In this document: in pieces, positions 60,761-64,000 of the stretch | Layout: every line of letters starts with the position of its first letter | Position numbering within the stretch: position 1 is the first letter of the stretch | From: Vitrella brassicaformis CCMP3155 | Lineage: Eukaryota > Protista > Chromerida | Length of the DNA: 64,000 nucleotides | Assembly: GCA_001179505.1 (NCBI GenBank) | Contig: CDMY01000248.1 | Coordinates: forward strand, 85,303-149,302 | Reading direction: 5' to 3' | Program-made: the position numbers and the translations under genes | Notes under the pieces: model-generated | Databases searched by the model: none | Seen by the model: the letters and a program-made list of their open reading frames with translations, nothing else | What the model was told of the DNA's origin: nothing

Positions 60761-63067
60761 CTAGTTGATGCCCAGCGGCTGGAACCTCCCTCTCTCGTCG
60801 ACCCATCCCAGCTGCTGCCACTCGAACTGGCAATCCTCGATGCCCAGGTGGGTGTTGAAGCCCTTCACGATGCCCGTCAGTCCATATCTGGCCGCCTCGT
60901 CCAGCCGGGCTTTGTGCACCACCTCGCGCAGCCCCAGCCGTCTGTGTGTAAGCTGCCCTCGGTTGACAGCGAAGCACTGCAGCGGCACCCGCACCACCCG
61001 CCCGCCCACATTGGCCATCACACCCACCACCTCACGATTGCCGGCCGTCTTGGTCGCTGCGCACTTGACGAAGTGCTGCATGGCGGCCTTGACGCGGCCA
61101 CCCAGTGGGGTGTGGGTCGTGAGGCGCATCTGGTCGACGGCCTCTGGCTCGTGGAGGAAGGCCCGACCTTCCATGCGATGTGGGGCGTCTCGTTACTGTG
61201 GGCGAATGGGGAGGGCCTGGAGGGGGCGGCAGGGGCGTCATTGTCTGTCGCATCAGACGGCTTGGGGCGGGGGGGAGGGAAGCGGGCGAGGGGCAGCAAG
61301 CGCGTCAGCAGGTCGGCGACGTCACGCTGTGGGTTGAGGGCGCCGTTGACGCCGTCCATGACGGCCTGGGGCAGCTCGTTGTTGAGCACGGTGCGGTACT
61401 CGGCTAACACCACACCGTGCGCCTCTCGGTCGGACTGCTCGGCGTTGGGTGGCAGCTGCTGTGGCGTCCGCACCATGTAGATGGCCGCACCCGACCGCAG
61501 CATCGCGCGGATGGCCCCTCTCATCCCGCTGATCGTCGCATCTCGCCGCGCGGACGGGTGGTGATCACTCACCAAAGTGGCGAGTTCTCCGCTGGCGAGG
61601 GTGAGGGGGGTCTCGTTGTCGCTGTTTCTTTCGTTGATGTCTGCGTGGCTGAGGTGGGGACACAGCCACTCGATCACATGATACGAGCCGTATACAGCCG
61701 CCCGGTGCAGGGGCGTTGCGCTAGGGAGGAACGGGGTGAGCGGCTGTGTGGTGTGAGTGAGGCTGGCGCCGTTGTCCTTCATCAGCTGCAGGAAGGCGTG
61801 GATGAAGGCCTCCGAGTAGATGGGGCCCACACCGGCGGCCGAATGGATGACATTGCAGCCACGAGCGTCGGTCTCGGTCGCGAGGGAGCGGTCTTGTTTG
61901 ACGTTGTAGGTGTAGATGGCCATCAGGGCGGCCTCATACCGCTCGCTCGTCCTCACCCGACGTGGCAGGAAGACCAGCTGCCGCCCCCGCAGAGCCGCCC
62001 CGTTGGCCACGAGTGTCTTGACGGCCGTCAGGTTGCCCGCTCGCACCGCCACCTCGATGACACCGTTGCTCTCGATGGAGCTCGGCCCGGGGAACGGAGG
62101 AAAGCTGTCGATCCTGAGCCGAATTATGGCGTCGATCAGCGCCGACAGGATGGCCGCCTGCACCTCGCGCGACGGCCATAGCGGCAAGATGAACTCTCCT
62201 TCTTCATGTTGCCCGATGGTAAGCTCCTCCTCGAGCACTGTTGGAGTGCTCCAGTCGTCGATGGCCAAGGACAGCAGACACAGACGCAGCACTCGAGTAC
62301 GCCCGACTATACGCCGACGCCGCAGCTCGACGTACACGGCGGCGTCGGCGCCTTGGCGGATGAGCTGCTGCACTTCGGCAGGGGTGATGGTGCGTAGTAT
62401 GATCCCTTGGACCAGCCGCTGCGTCGCGTCATTCGTGTCAGGTGGGAGGTGGATCACGATACCCTTCACCTTCATCGCCTGCTGCTGCGGCCGCTGCTGC
62501 TGCTGCTGGTGTGGTTGTTGGCCAGCTGATGATGTGGCCGACATCAATGGCCAATCCTGATGATCATCGCAGAACCACACAGAAGGCTTGTGGACATGGT
62601 GTTGAAGTGTAGTGTAGTGCAGTGTCTGCCTTCTCCTTCACAGACGCCCACCTTGTCGTAGATCACCGCGGCATACGATGAGGCCGACCTGATGTACGGC
62701 ACGTCCTCGACCTTGAGCCGGCCGCCCGAGCCCCTGGCGTCTTCGTCGGTCACGGTCCACTCGTGCCCTTGCCCAGCAGGTAGAAACTCACGTGGTTGTA
62801 CTCGTCTGCAAAGTGCAAAGGCACGCACAAACGCGTCCGTGCTTGTGTGGTGAGGCATGCCATAGAGAGTTTCTCAGTTTCTCGTACGTGCGAGCAGCTG
62901 TCTGAATTTGAGGGTGGTCGGGTGCTGCGATTGCCGCCCGGCTGATGACGCGGCCGACATGATGCTCGAGCCCTGCGCGCAGAGCCACACAACAGAACCA
63001 GCCATACAGATAGGGTGTGTTGCAGTGTGCTGCAGTGTGTTGTGCGGCGGTCACGTACTCGAAGCAT
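60761..63067 (-). pseudogene. Ankyrin-repeat gene copy B with two 1-bp deletions
   Basis: Relative to copy A, GGC ACC GAG TGG becomes GGC ACG AGT GG near 62763 (stop follows) and GTC GGC GCC TTC becomes GTC GGG CCT TC near 61162. The C-terminus survives in another frame (ORF 60761-61174). Confidence 0.8.
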
Positions 63068-63458
63068 TGGTCCCTGACGTTGTGCTACAGACGGTAACGC
63101 TCAGACGCGGCCGCCATTGTCATGTCCTATGGAAACAGAGCGAAGGTGATCATCGTCGCCTCTCTCGCACACGCGGCATGCTGGCCACCTGAAGGCGAGT
63201 CACTCGAAGAGCGCCGCCATGCTCGCGCCGGCATGAATGGATACGATAACCTGCACATGGACAAACAAACAGCAGCCGTGTACACAGCCGTCTGCCACCC
63301 GTCGCAGTCATGATGCGGTCGGTGCTCACCTATGAATGGGTGCTTTGTTTCAGGAGGGAGGCAGCGAGAAGCGATGAACCAACGATACCACTAATCAAAC
63401 CGCCTTGCAAGTTCTCCAGCCATTGGGAGAAAGGCGCACCCAAAGATGCCAAGCTCGC

Positions 63459-64000
63459 ATGATTGTCAAGACAAACAGAACAACGATGGTGTTCCCTGAG
63501 GAGCCGACGTCGCTCTCTGGTCCCTCCAGCAGCTCCTCTAATCTCTCCCGTCCCCTTCTCGCCGCTCCGGCTGATGCCCATGTGCCGCCCTACAGAGGAG
63601 CCAGGAGGCCAAGGAGCCTCTCAGACGGCCACCAAGAACCGCAGGCGCACACGCTTCATAACATGGATGGGCTGGACGGGCACGATGCCGACGGGCTGGC
63701 GGAGTTTGACCAGCTGGATGACGCCGACAGGGCGACCGTCCACGATTTGATCAATCCGCGCGGGGCCTTCGGCACGTACTCACCATTCCGAGTGTGGGGA
63801 GGCAGGCGGACAACCACACTCGACAGGTAAGCGGGAAGACTCAGACACTGGGTGGCTCATAGGTGGCTCTGTCTGTGTGTTGTCAGTGTGGAGGCGAGTT
63901 TATCACCCATTGCGCACGTCCGTCGCCATGACAGCAGCGGCAGCGTGGCCGATTCATCGTCCTACGAGGCCGACCAGACAGTGATGCAGGCGACTTTCAC
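63459..64000 (+). CDS. Amino-acid transporter copy B, 5' part only (truncated by the window edge)
   Basis: MIVKTNRTTMVFPEE...NLSRPLL...GGRRTTTLDR|gtaagc, followed by exon ASLSPIAHVRRHDSSG...QATF, matching copy A. Confidence 0.85.

Larger units (their letters stand above)
60160..64000. repeat. Inverted segmental duplication, arm B (continues past the window end)
   Basis: Reverse complement of 33711-37560, with scattered substitutions and indels. Confidence 0.95.

Noticed and set aside
33711-64000. Inverted arms as terminal inverted repeats of a giant transposon (Polinton/Maverick-like)
   Set aside because: The arms contain ordinary host genes and are diverged, and the core has no integrase, polB, transposase or capsid motifs.

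Overview
GC-rich, intron-dense eukaryotic nuclear DNA with short GT-AG introns full of (AC)/(TG)/(CAGA)/(TCTG)/(CCAT) microsatellites. Style and gene families suggest a chromerid alveolate such as Vitrella brassicaformis (inference, not verified). About 19 protein-coding loci were reconstructed by hand-splicing; no rRNA, tRNA, CRISPR array or transposon ORF was seen. Recognisable products: TGS1-like cap methyltransferase, KCBP-like kinesin-14, AVT/SLC32-type amino-acid transporter (2 copies), ankyrin-repeat protein (one intact, one frameshifted), two RRM proteins, a MORN protein, two glycosyltransferase-like genes (one with an in-frame TGA), a giant secreted Cys-rich modular protein, an AT-hook protein and two paralogous triple-PH-like genes. 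Main structural results: (1) a large inverted segmental duplication (33.7-37.6 kb versus 60.2-64 kb, running off the window) with lesions in both arms; (2) a closely spaced, gene-oriented pair of AGCTCGC heptamers upstream of four or five start codons (candidate promoter element); (3) AC-rich 5' and TG-rich 3' intron halves that could base-pair; (4) a micro-exon position shared by the two PH-like paralogs and tandemly duplicated in one. Exon boundaries and start codons are manual and approximate, and domain calls come from motif recognition without database searches.
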